Source of the DNA: an archaeon
GTDB taxonomy: Archaea > Nanobdellota > Nanobdellia > Woesearchaeales > GW2011-AR9
NCBI GenBank assembly: GCA_018696395.1
Contig: JABHQR010000013.1
Span: forward strand, 1,802-65,801
Direction: 5' to 3'
DNA length: 64,000 bases
Shown here: piece after piece, positions 30,360 through 39,655 of the stretch
Numbering within the stretch: position 1 is the stretch's first letter
Layout: every line of letters begins with the position of its first letter
Translations under genes and position numbers: made by a program
Notes under the pieces: generated by a model
What the model was told of the DNA's origin: nothing
The model's input: only the letters and a program-made list of their open reading frames with translations
The model's database searches: none

Positions 30360-31622
30360 TTAAAATTTAACTCCAGCTTCTAAATTACCACCAAAACCTG
30401 TACCTTCATCAGACCCACCATTAAGTGATTTTACACCAACAATATAACCGTTAGCTCCGATGTATAAATGACTCCCAAAACCTAATTCAGCGCCAACACC
30501 TAAGTAAGGTTGTAATGCCACAGGATTTGAGTTATCAGTAACAGGATCATGAGTTACAGAATCTCCATCAACCCATTCTTGGTTAACATAGAAATCTTTT
30601 GTTTCTTCCCATTTCTCAGTATTACTTGAACCATCGTTAATTAACAAATTTAATCCGCCAACAAGGCCAGCACTTAAATTTGTAGAGTTGTTTAACCTTA
30701 CATCTACAAAATCAAATCTGCCCGAAATTCCAGCTTGCCAATTTCCTTGTTCATTAATAGTTTCATAAGTCCTAGTATCAGTTTCTAATAAATAGCCAAC
30801 ACCACTTGCAGTATCAGTTTGAGTTTCAGAAACTTCTGATTCTAAACTATTTCGATCTTCAGAGTTTCTTACTTTACCAACATTTACATTAAGTTCTAAA
30901 GGACCCATATCATAACCAACAGTTACTCCACCACCTAACCACGCGCCACCTTCTTGACCCATAGCAGTTGCATAAGCGCCAACAGAAAGTTTACTTTCTT
31001 CATAAGCAGGAACTTCTCTTGGTTTTTTTACACCATCTTGTGCTTCAGGAACAGCTGCATGAGTTGGAACAGGAAAACTTGCGTCAGCATAACCAGCAGG
31101 GGTAGAATTATCAGTAGGAATTTTTGCAGCTTGTAAATCAGCTTCTAAAGAAGAAACTTGACCTTCCAATTCACCTAATCTTCCTTGAACACCACTTACA
31201 TCATAACATAAGTTAGTTGCAGTATGGCACCCTAAACCATCATAATCAGAATGTTTTAAACCAGTTGTTAAACCTAAACCTTCTGCAACGCTTGGTTCTA
31301 AACAAGTGTAATTAGTAAAATTACCATTAAAATCTTCACCCATTGCAGGAGTTCCACAAGCAGGTTTTACAGTTACAGTTCTAGTTTGAACCTGAGTCAT
31401 AACTCCACCATCATTAACTTGGTATAAACCAGGGTTAAGTACTTCAGCATCAGGAGTAAGTAATAGTTGTGATGGAACCACAGGAGCAGGTTGTGCAGGC
31501 TGTGCCACCGGTTGTTCGTCAGCAGGTTGAGCTTCATCTTGTCCAGATTTTTTCAAACCAGCATAAGCAGGTGAGGTCATTAAACCAACTGCTAAAGGTA
31601 ATGCGTATTTTGATATATTCAT
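30360..31622 (-). CDS. Secreted protein with a beta-barrel-like C-terminal region ending in Phe (outer-membrane-protein-like)
   Basis: 420 aa. Signal peptide with an AYAG cleavage-like site, a Pro/Gln-rich linker, a short coiled-coil, then alternating hydrophobic beta-strand-like segments ending ...GNLEAGVKF. Confidence 0.5.
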   Translation of the reverse strand: MNISKYALPLAVGLMTSPAYAGLKKSGQDEAQPADEQPVAQPAQPAPVVPSQLLLTPDAEVLNPGLYQVNDGGVMTQVQTRTVTVKPACGTPAMGEDFNGNFTNYTCLEPSVAEGLGLTTGLKHSDYDGLGCHTATNLCYDVSGVQGRLGELEGQVSSLEADLQAAKIPTDNSTPAGYADASFPVPTHAAVPEAQDGVKKPREVPAYEESKLSVGAYATAMGQEGGAWLGGGVTVGYDMGPLELNVNVGKVRNSEDRNSLESEVSETQTDTASGVGYLLETDTRTYETINEQGNWQAGISGRFDFVDVRLNNSTNLSAGLVGGLNLLINDGSSNTEKWEETKDFYVNQEWVDGDSVTHDPVTDNSNPVALQPYLGVGAELGFGSHLYIGANGYIVGVKSLNGGSDEGTGFGGNLEAGVKF

Positions 31623-31646
31623 TTTATTTTTTCCTCCAATTAAAAA

Positions 31647-32777
31647 TTATTCAATTTTCCAGCCACTTTGATAGCCAGAATCTACTTCCCAAGTATTAAG
31701 GGTATTATCTTCAAAACCAATTTCTGATAAAAGTCCTAAAACTTTTGTGTTATCATTTTCATTTAATGGTTTGTAATCTGCAATCAAAGTATCAATTACT
31801 TCTTGCCCATTATTTGCTTCAAGTGCACCACCGTGATGTAATGTGTATTCATTCAAAACAGAAGTAACTCCTTCAACTGAATCTGTTTTTCTTAACAAAT
31901 TTCTGTAAGTTAAAGTTTGTAATGCTTCGTACTCTGCAGAGATTATATTTGCTTGTTCTAGTTTAACATTAGCGTCTTCAAGAACTTGTGCAGAAACACC
32001 ATCATTACTATTTACATTATAAGCAACTAAACCAAGAACTGCCATCCCAGCAAGACCTAATCCACCATACAAATTCCTTGCACTTTTAGTTGCATCTTCT
32101 GTTGCATTTTGAACTGCCAGACTTTTTTCTTTATCAGATTCATTTTGTTTAGTTGATAAATAACCAAATTCAATTTCTTTAAACAGTTTTAGCCCATTAT
32201 TTCCAGATTCATCATCTGATTCTAGCATTAAAGTAAAATAAGACTTAAGTTGAGGAATCACTATTTTTGCAATTTCAACATCAGTATATTTTCTAACTAT
32301 ACCCTCTTCAGTGTTATCAGAATTTTTAGGAACATTTAAGATTCTTAATTTATCTGTTTCATCGTGGAATATCCTTTGTACACCCGTTAGGTATTGGTCT
32401 ATAATTTCAGGCACGTTAGTTAAAAGATGTAACTTATTAAATGCACCAGCATGATATAAATTAATTGCTAAACGTTTGTCGTCCATAGCAGATTCATCTT
32501 CTTTTCCTTCTGCATTAACTAACCTATCTAGCCTACCAACATAACTTGCAACAGAATGCCCTTGAAATGGGTTAATTAATTCTGCAAATTCAGGGATGTT
32601 TGGATGTTGAGTTAATTCATCCCCTTTTTTTATTAATGTGAAATTACCACTAGAATTAAAATTATTTTTTTCTAAATTTTCTAAACCTTCTACAAGAGAT
32701 TCAAGAACAGTTGGTGCTACTGTTTCATCAGCTGATACGTCTTGCACCGTTACGTTAACTTTTTGTTTATCTGACAT
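31647..32777 (-). CDS. Hypothetical membrane-associated protein (likely co-transcribed with 30360-31622)
   Basis: 376 aa with one central hydrophobic helix. It sits 24 nt upstream of the beta-barrel-like gene on the same strand. Confidence 0.45.
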   Translation of the reverse strand: MSDKQKVNVTVQDVSADETVAPTVLESLVEGLENLEKNNFNSSGNFTLIKKGDELTQHPNIPEFAELINPFQGHSVASYVGRLDRLVNAEGKEDESAMDDKRLAINLYHAGAFNKLHLLTNVPEIIDQYLTGVQRIFHDETDKLRILNVPKNSDNTEEGIVRKYTDVEIAKIVIPQLKSYFTLMLESDDESGNNGLKLFKEIEFGYLSTKQNESDKEKSLAVQNATEDATKSARNLYGGLGLAGMAVLGLVAYNVNSNDGVSAQVLEDANVKLEQANIISAEYEALQTLTYRNLLRKTDSVEGVTSVLNEYTLHHGGALEANNGQEVIDTLIADYKPLNENDNTKVLGLLSEIGFEDNTLNTWEVDSGYQSGWKIE

Positions 32778-33186
32778 GTTTAATATTCCTCCTCAATTAG
32801 ACCGCGATTTATTTTTAATTATACTTAGGTTAGATATAATACTACTCCAAAGTAGCCACCAGTATTTAAATCTTTTGGAAAATTGCTAATATAGAGTAGT
32901 GACAAAAAGGGGATTTGCATAGACACTATTTACTATATATAACAATTTCTTGCAAATTTAAATCTGCTTAAACCTATTAACACCTACACCCCAAATACTT
33001 TCCACAACACCCACCAGTTATAATAATTTCTAGAATTTAGTCAATATGTTACAGATTAATCATTATAGGATATTAAATTATTATAATTAATAAATCTAAC
33101 TAAGAATCTCAAAAATATGTTGAAATAAGTGTATTGCGTGTTACAACATACGAATAAATAATTCAATGGATAGTTAAGTTGTTACA

Positions 33187-33648
33187 ATGAAAACTAAATA
33201 TGTTATTGGACTTGTGGGCTTAACTGCCTTAGGCGCGGCAGGAATTGCTTATGCAACTCCTAAAGCTAAAAATATGCTTGGGAATTTTAATCAAACTATC
33301 GATTCTGTTGTTCTCGAGCAAGATGTGACTGATTATTTAACTCCAATAGGAGAGAGGTTATCAGTCCTTGAAGATAGTTTTGGTGAATTGTATGATGGAA
33401 TATCATCTAATCAAGATTTAATTGAAGAAAATGCTAATGGTTACATGACAATGTCAGAAAACAATACAATATTAGCAGACAGATTAGACAAGTTAGAACA
33501 ACAAATTAATTCAGAACAAAAAGTTTACTGTACTGATGCTAAAATACCTTTTGTAGAAACTGAATTTCTATTTTGCTACAAAGAAGAAACTGTTGAACAA
33601 CCAGAGTTGGAACCAAAAATAGAGGGACCAGTTGTTAATGAAGAATAA
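33187..33648 (+). CDS. Small secreted protein (signal peptide)
   Basis: 153 aa. N-terminal signal (VIGLVGLTALGAAGIAYA). Confidence 0.5.
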   Translation: MKTKYVIGLVGLTALGAAGIAYATPKAKNMLGNFNQTIDSVVLEQDVTDYLTPIGERLSVLEDSFGELYDGISSNQDLIEENANGYMTMSENNTILADRLDKLEQQINSEQKVYCTDAKIPFVETEFLFCYKEETVEQPELEPKIEGPVVNEE

Positions 33649-33988
33649 AACTATTAAGAAGATTAGAAATTTCAGAACTAAACATTTGACAATTTCTAAT
33701 TTTATTTGTAGTTATGAGTATTACTGCACAAGTTTATACTCTTCAACAATTAAAGAGACTGATAGTGTTATACAAGGGAATGCTTACCTAACCATGTCTT
33801 CGTGATGTGTTGGAAAAAGAGGATGAACTGTCATAAGTCAAACGGGACCGCCCCCTTCCACGCGTGTCTTGGAAGAAGGTCAGGACAGTTTAATCTTCCA
33901 AAAAGTTAGGTAAGTTATTTCTTTAAAAAGTCATCAAAAAAAGAAAGAATGAAAAAAATAAAAACAAAATTAATGGAGGATAAATAAA

Positions 33989-34441
33989 ATGGATTTAGTA
34001 AAATTATTAATTGGTGGAACTGTAGCTACAGGATTAGGAGTAGGAGGATATTTTTTAGGTAACAAAATGGGTTTTGATCAAGGACATGATCAGGGATATG
34101 CTTTAGCTGACCAGATTCCAGTAACAGTAGATGAATGTAAAAATGTTTATACATCTGAAATGGACAAATATAGTTCAATAGAATCTAATAATTTGATTAA
34201 CTCAGATAACAGCAGTTTAAATCTTTATGTTTGTGAAGAACTAGGCTTGAAAGCTTTTGGAATTGAGAATAAAGCAGAAGGGATACAATCTTTGTTAGGA
34301 TATAATACCAGCCCATTTGGAGTTAAACAAATATCTGCAACACAAATTATGCCAGAAACTTTCTGTAATGGTAGTTATGAAAAATTACAGATCATCCCAG
34401 AGATGGTAACTTACGACGCAGTTGCAGAATTGCCTATGTAA
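33989..34441 (+). CDS. Small N-terminally membrane-anchored protein (paralog A)
   Basis: 150 aa. N-terminal TM, then GFDQGHDQGYALA ... ECKNVYTSEMDKY. Confidence 0.5.
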   Translation: MDLVKLLIGGTVATGLGVGGYFLGNKMGFDQGHDQGYALADQIPVTVDECKNVYTSEMDKYSSIESNNLINSDNSSLNLYVCEELGLKAFGIENKAEGIQSLLGYNTSPFGVKQISATQIMPETFCNGSYEKLQIIPEMVTYDAVAELPM

Positions 34442-34491
34442 TTATTTCTTTTTTCTTTTTATTAAATATTTTTAATTGAGAACAAATAAAA

Positions 34492-34992
34492 ATGGATAAA
34501 ATCCCCAAGATATTACTTTGTACAATTAGCCCATTAATAGTTGGAACCGTAGCATACTTTTATCACAATAGCAAGCTAGAAAAAGAATTTGAAAAAGGTT
34601 ATCAAGATGGTTTTAATAGTGGTTATGAGCAAGGTAAAAATGAGGAACCAACACAAAATGAGTGTAATAATTTATATGATCAGCAATTAGAACAATTTTT
34701 AGAAAATTGTAAAGACATACCATTTCAAGACAAATTCAATAATCAATTTACTAATCCAAATGAGTTAGATTTATCGTTAATATGTTCTAAAGATGCAGGA
34801 TTCAAATCATTAGTTTATCAATTTGTTAATGGTGACCAAGGTATGATTTACAGTAGAATAAATTTCTTAGGAGAAAGAGAATACCAGATTGAGAAAGGAA
34901 ACTTATCTCAACTAATTGAAGATCATGAATATAATAGTTTTGGAATAAAACCAATATTAGTGATAAGCAATTATGAAAATAATGAACCTTAA
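34492..34992 (+). CDS. Small N-terminally membrane-anchored protein (paralog B)
   Basis: 166 aa. N-terminal TM, then GYQDGFNSGYEQG ... ECNNLYDQQLEQF, colinear with paralog A. Confidence 0.5.
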   Translation: MDKIPKILLCTISPLIVGTVAYFYHNSKLEKEFEKGYQDGFNSGYEQGKNEEPTQNECNNLYDQQLEQFLENCKDIPFQDKFNNQFTNPNELDLSLICSKDAGFKSLVYQFVNGDQGMIYSRINFLGEREYQIEKGNLSQLIEDHEYNSFGIKPILVISNYENNEP

Positions 34993-35088
34993 CTTGTTTT
35001 TGTAGTTTACTTTACCACTACACCAGTTTAAATCAAAAAGTACATTATAAAATTTTGTGGAAGGATATAAAATAAAAAAACAGAATTA

Positions 35089-36468
35089 ATGGAGGACATT
35101 AAAAAAATGGAAGAAGGAGAAGGAATATTGCCAGGAAATGAACCAGGCGCACAAAGTACAAATTATCAAAGTCAAAGTTTAGAACAAACTATTGATCAAA
35201 AAGAGATTTATAATGCAGATGAAGAACTAGACAGATTAGATGAAGAATTACATAAAAAAGGAATCAGTTATGAACGTATTGGAGCTGAACAAAGAGATAG
35301 GGCAAGTGCAACAACTCAACAAGAATATAATCAACCCATTGTTCAAAACCAAGAAGATCTTAATAAAAATGTTCTAAATACTATTTACAATAAAGCTGCC
35401 GAAGAATTAGATGATAAGCAGAAAGAACAACATGAACAATCAATTAAATTTAGACAATTTTTATACACTGCGTTAAGTTATGTTGGAGTAGATATGTATC
35501 AAAAAGATATTGAGAAAAAAGCAGATTTTGCAAAAGAACTTACTGATACACAACTAACTGTTATTAATGAGATAGAAACAAGATACTTTGGAAGAAAAAG
35601 AACAGGAGTCACAGAAAAAGAAGCAGAACGTATGAGGCAAATTGAAAAAAGATACAAAGCAAATGACACATTAGGCCTTAGTCAATTAAAGTCAGCAGGA
35701 GTTGACCCAGAAGGAGGTATTGAAGGTAAAATTAAATATTTAGGAAGAGATATAGAAAAAATAGATCTAAACATAGATACCCAAGAAGGAATTATCTCCC
35801 AATTAGATACAATGATTTCTTCAAATGAAACCACATACCAAAAAATTGTACAAAATGTACAAAATGTTGAAAGTTTAATTGGAACAGAACAAGATGAAAC
35901 TAAAATAAATGAATATCAAAATAAAAAAGGAGAATTTGAACTTAGAGCAATAGTTCTAAATAAAGAAATTGACAACCAAAAAAGAGATAGGGAAGACCTT
36001 AAAGATAGACTTGACGAATTATATGACAAACTAGAAGATAAAGAAAACTTTTTAGAAGATTTAGAAGATGAAAGGTTAGAACTGAAAGAAGTTTGGATGG
36101 ATGAGAAGAGTAACTACCAAGATGTTAGAAGAGCTTACAATTTTCTTCAAAGAAATATTGACAAAATGAATCGTTTCTCTAAAAATAAAGAAATTTTGAA
36201 CATTGCTGATTTGATTAATGAAACTGAAAGTTTCTATAAATTAGGAGAGCTCTTAGGTGAATATCAAAGTTCAAGTAGAACCCTTAATTCAGGAGTAGGA
36301 CGAGATAATAGAGATAGAAATGAAAAAAATAGAAAAACAAGAAGACAGAATACCGAAACACGAATTAAAGAAAAAGAAAAATCTTTAGAGATGGGTCGAA
36401 GAGAGAAAAGATTAAAAAGAAGAAGAAGAAGAAGAAGTGGAAGTGACTTCTTACAACCAACAACATAA
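35089..36468 (+). CDS. Coiled-coil protein with an Arg-rich C-terminal tail
   Basis: 459 aa. Long heptad-like E/K/Q/L-rich segments. The C-terminus is RREKRLKRRRRRRSGSDF. Confidence 0.5.
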   Translation: MEDIKKMEEGEGILPGNEPGAQSTNYQSQSLEQTIDQKEIYNADEELDRLDEELHKKGISYERIGAEQRDRASATTQQEYNQPIVQNQEDLNKNVLNTIYNKAAEELDDKQKEQHEQSIKFRQFLYTALSYVGVDMYQKDIEKKADFAKELTDTQLTVINEIETRYFGRKRTGVTEKEAERMRQIEKRYKANDTLGLSQLKSAGVDPEGGIEGKIKYLGRDIEKIDLNIDTQEGIISQLDTMISSNETTYQKIVQNVQNVESLIGTEQDETKINEYQNKKGEFELRAIVLNKEIDNQKRDREDLKDRLDELYDKLEDKENFLEDLEDERLELKEVWMDEKSNYQDVRRAYNFLQRNIDKMNRFSKNKEILNIADLINETESFYKLGELLGEYQSSSRTLNSGVGRDNRDRNEKNRKTRRQNTETRIKEKEKSLEMGRREKRLKRRRRRRSGSDFLQPTT

Positions 36469-36512
36469 TTTTTATTTTTTTATTTTAAATTAACTAAAAA
36501 AGGTATTTACAA

Positions 36513-38129
36513 ATGGGATTAGAACAAGTTGTTGGCAAGGAAGAGATTTTAAATAATTTCGCTAGAAATAAAAATCAGTTTGAACAGCTCTTGCAATCAA
36601 TAGGGTTAAGAATTGAACATAGCACTAAAAGAGAAACTGTAAGGCCCCTTATTGAAGAATACTGTAAATTGATGATTGGAACATATTATTCTGTTGAAAA
36701 AAAAATTAAGGAGAATGACTTAGTTGGAAATGTACTGGGAAGAGAAGAAATTAATTCTATTTATTCAATGTATATTGCATCAAAATTAATTGATATTAAT
36801 TTAAACAAACGATTAGGTCAGAACGGAAAAAAACAACATATGATTAGTAGGTCATCAAATAAAAGAAGATTAATTAGAACTGGACACCAAGATGAGTATA
36901 GTAATTTTGATTTAGCATTGTCTTCTTTATTTGAACAAGTTAATAGGTCCAGAACCCCAAATTTAAGAGATGTGAGAGAATTTAACAAAGAATATCAAAA
37001 ACAAGCAGCAATATGTTTAAGAAATTTAACAAATGAAGATCAATTTAATTCATTAAGTGACATTAAATGGAATATTGCAGGATACAATGTCACAGGTGTA
37101 GAGATACCAAAAGAAGTGAGTTTAGTTCAAAGTAATTCTGTCAAAAAAGCTCAACATAAAGAAACAGAGATGTTTGAAACTCCTTTAGAATACATGCACA
37201 TAGATAAGAAAAAAGTCATGGCAAAAGAAAAAATAATAGGAGATCAGAAAGTTATTGATGAATTAGAAAAAAGTGTAAGACAATTAATGACTTATAATAT
37301 AAATCACCAGACTAATTTATTCAAAGATTTGGGGATATTTAATAACAAACATTTACTTCAAGGGCTTCCTGGGACTGGAAAAACTAGAGTAGCTTTTTAT
37401 TTGATAGATTATGCTGAAAAACTAAATGCAAGGTATGGAGGCAATTTAATGGTTTCAGCATTAAATATCAACTCTTCTTGGAAAGATGGAGACATACAAA
37501 AATTACAAAGCCAGTTTAATCAGATATGTTCTGAAAATAAAACTTTCTTTATATTTGAAGATGAAATTGATGCACTTTTGAAAGAAGGTCCACAAGATAA
37601 AGAAGATCGAGGACAGGTTAGAATAAAGAAAGAGTTCAATAAATTCCTAGAAGGAGCTTATCCAGATAGAGGAAATTACTTATTTTTAACAACATTAAAC
37701 AGATTAGAAAACTTGACAAGAGATAATAGAGAAAGATTTGATTGTCATAATTGGAGAGGGGCAGTAACTTCTGAAGAGAAAGCGCTTTTAATTAAATATA
37801 AATTAGAAGAAGGCTATTCTGGAAATATTAATATTTCACAAAAAGATTTAGGATTGTTAGGTGATTTAGCTTATAGGTCTGATTTAGGGGGAAGAGATAT
37901 AGCTAAAATATGTGTTGGAATAAAACAAGAGTCATTTAATGATTCAGAAGAAATATTTGACATGTTAAAGAAAAATGAATCTTCAATCGAATCTCAAAGA
38001 AAAATTATCACATCAAACTTGCAAGAAGTTAATTACAATTCATTAAAATCTAAATTTGAAGCATATCTAGAAAATAGAGAAAATATTCTACAAGATTCTA
38101 CCCAATATTCTGGAGGAAATAATGGTTAA
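36513..38129 (+). CDS. AAA+ ATPase (classical clade) with a unique ~280 aa N-terminal domain
   Basis: 538 aa. Walker A GLPGTGKT, Walker B FFIFEDEIDAL, sensor-1-like LFLTTLN, Arg-finger-like RDNRERFD. Confidence 0.75.
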   Translation: MGLEQVVGKEEILNNFARNKNQFEQLLQSIGLRIEHSTKRETVRPLIEEYCKLMIGTYYSVEKKIKENDLVGNVLGREEINSIYSMYIASKLIDINLNKRLGQNGKKQHMISRSSNKRRLIRTGHQDEYSNFDLALSSLFEQVNRSRTPNLRDVREFNKEYQKQAAICLRNLTNEDQFNSLSDIKWNIAGYNVTGVEIPKEVSLVQSNSVKKAQHKETEMFETPLEYMHIDKKKVMAKEKIIGDQKVIDELEKSVRQLMTYNINHQTNLFKDLGIFNNKHLLQGLPGTGKTRVAFYLIDYAEKLNARYGGNLMVSALNINSSWKDGDIQKLQSQFNQICSENKTFFIFEDEIDALLKEGPQDKEDRGQVRIKKEFNKFLEGAYPDRGNYLFLTTLNRLENLTRDNRERFDCHNWRGAVTSEEKALLIKYKLEEGYSGNINISQKDLGLLGDLAYRSDLGGRDIAKICVGIKQESFNDSEEIFDMLKKNESSIESQRKIITSNLQEVNYNSLKSKFEAYLENRENILQDSTQYSGGNNG

Positions 38130-39624
38130 GAATATTTTTGGAGAAGAAGATTCTCAATTTAGATCTGAAGGAACAAGGAAATTATTTAGGACATATCACA
38201 GGTATTTTTTAGATGAAGATAAACAGAGAGATAAAAGTCCTAACAGTAGCAATAGTAATAGTAGTTATAATAATGACAATAATGATGATAATGTAGAATT
38301 TATTGAAAAAAATCAAGAGAATGATCAAAAGAATAATGAACAAAATGGTCTTGAAGATAATTTATCAATTGAAACAACAGTAAGAAAAAAGAGAAAAAAA
38401 TTTATTAGGCCACAAGCGTTGGAGATTGAAGTTGAACAAACCAATGAATTACATACACCAACTGAATTTGAAGAAGTACCAACAGGAACATATCAATTTG
38501 GCGAGAATATTTTTAATGAGATATTAGATTATTACAAAGCTAACATTATTGGTGGAATTAAAAGTACCCCTATCCTAGAGGAAGATAGTAACTGTTTATT
38601 ATCCACTATATGTGCTTCTTCAAGAAATTCTTTTATTGTAGAAGGAGAATCTAGGACTGGAAAATCTTTGATTGTGGATAAATTAACACCCCTTTTAACA
38701 TCAGTATATTATTTAAGAAATTGTTCAAATAAATCAATGTTTGGTAATTCTGAACAGATTAATAAAAATGATTTTCTTTACATAACAGAATTTCAATCAG
38801 CAATTGAAGGAAACCCAGCTGTAAAAGAAGCATTGAAATTAATTACAGAAGATAAAGATGCTAGTAATGATGGGTATGGGGAAAGAGTTACATTAAATGG
38901 GGATATTACAGTAATGAGTACTGGTGCGGATGAAAATATTAAAACTCAAAGAAGAGATGTTGAACTTTCTGGCAGATTCATCATTCTAAAAACCAGGGCT
39001 GACGCAGAAAAAATTAAAGCAATATGTGATTATCAAGATGGTTTATTAGATGGAAGTATTGAAGGTGTTAACTTCAGTAAAGATAGATTAAGAAAACTTA
39101 AAAAACATATTGTAGATACCATCAATTTAAAAGATGTAAATTTTGAAAATCCTTTTGTAAGTTCTTATTCACAACATTTACCTAACACTAAAAAATCGGT
39201 TTATTATAGGACATTATATTATTCATTAGTTAATGCATTTACCAAGATAGATAGACATAATAGGGTTTGGAAAGGAGAAGATAAGTTAATCACTAATATC
39301 CAAGATATTTATATCACACACCAACTATATCATCAAAATTATTGTAATATTCTAAAAAACTTGTCATTGCAATCATATTCATCAATGGAAAAAAGTCTTA
39401 CTACTTTGGAAAAAGATGTTAAAAAACAAGAGATGGAAAATGAGATTAAACTTATTGACAATTTAATTTCAAAACCAGTTGATTGGGAACAAGTATGGGA
39501 TTCAGGTTATAAAATTATGAAAGAAAGGAACTTTGATTTGGCAGAACAATGGAAAATAAACCAAAGCCTAGGAGATAGTGTATTAGTTTACGACCCCATA
39601 ATAAAACAACAGATAGGAATTTAG
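38122..39624 (+). CDS. P-loop NTPase of unknown family
   Basis: 500 aa. Walker A GESRTGKS, candidate Walker B FLYITEF, and a low-complexity N-terminus (SNSNSS, NNDNNDDN). The start overlaps the upstream AAA+ gene by 8 nt. Confidence 0.55.
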   Translation: MVKNIFGEEDSQFRSEGTRKLFRTYHRYFLDEDKQRDKSPNSSNSNSSYNNDNNDDNVEFIEKNQENDQKNNEQNGLEDNLSIETTVRKKRKKFIRPQALEIEVEQTNELHTPTEFEEVPTGTYQFGENIFNEILDYYKANIIGGIKSTPILEEDSNCLLSTICASSRNSFIVEGESRTGKSLIVDKLTPLLTSVYYLRNCSNKSMFGNSEQINKNDFLYITEFQSAIEGNPAVKEALKLITEDKDASNDGYGERVTLNGDITVMSTGADENIKTQRRDVELSGRFIILKTRADAEKIKAICDYQDGLLDGSIEGVNFSKDRLRKLKKHIVDTINLKDVNFENPFVSSYSQHLPNTKKSVYYRTLYYSLVNAFTKIDRHNRVWKGEDKLITNIQDIYITHQLYHQNYCNILKNLSLQSYSSMEKSLTTLEKDVKKQEMENEIKLIDNLISKPVDWEQVWDSGYKIMKERNFDLAEQWKINQSLGDSVLVYDPIIKQQIGI

Positions 39625-39655
39625 ATCAAGTAATCATTGAATTTATCAAAAATGA

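Noticed and set aside
30360-31622. Possibility that the OMP-like gene marks a chimeric or contaminating bacterial segment
   Set aside because: It is flanked on both sides by same-strand surface-protein genes with tight spacing. The surrounding intergenic regions have the same AT-rich character, and there is no obvious break in continuity. It is kept as a finding rather than dismissed as contamination.
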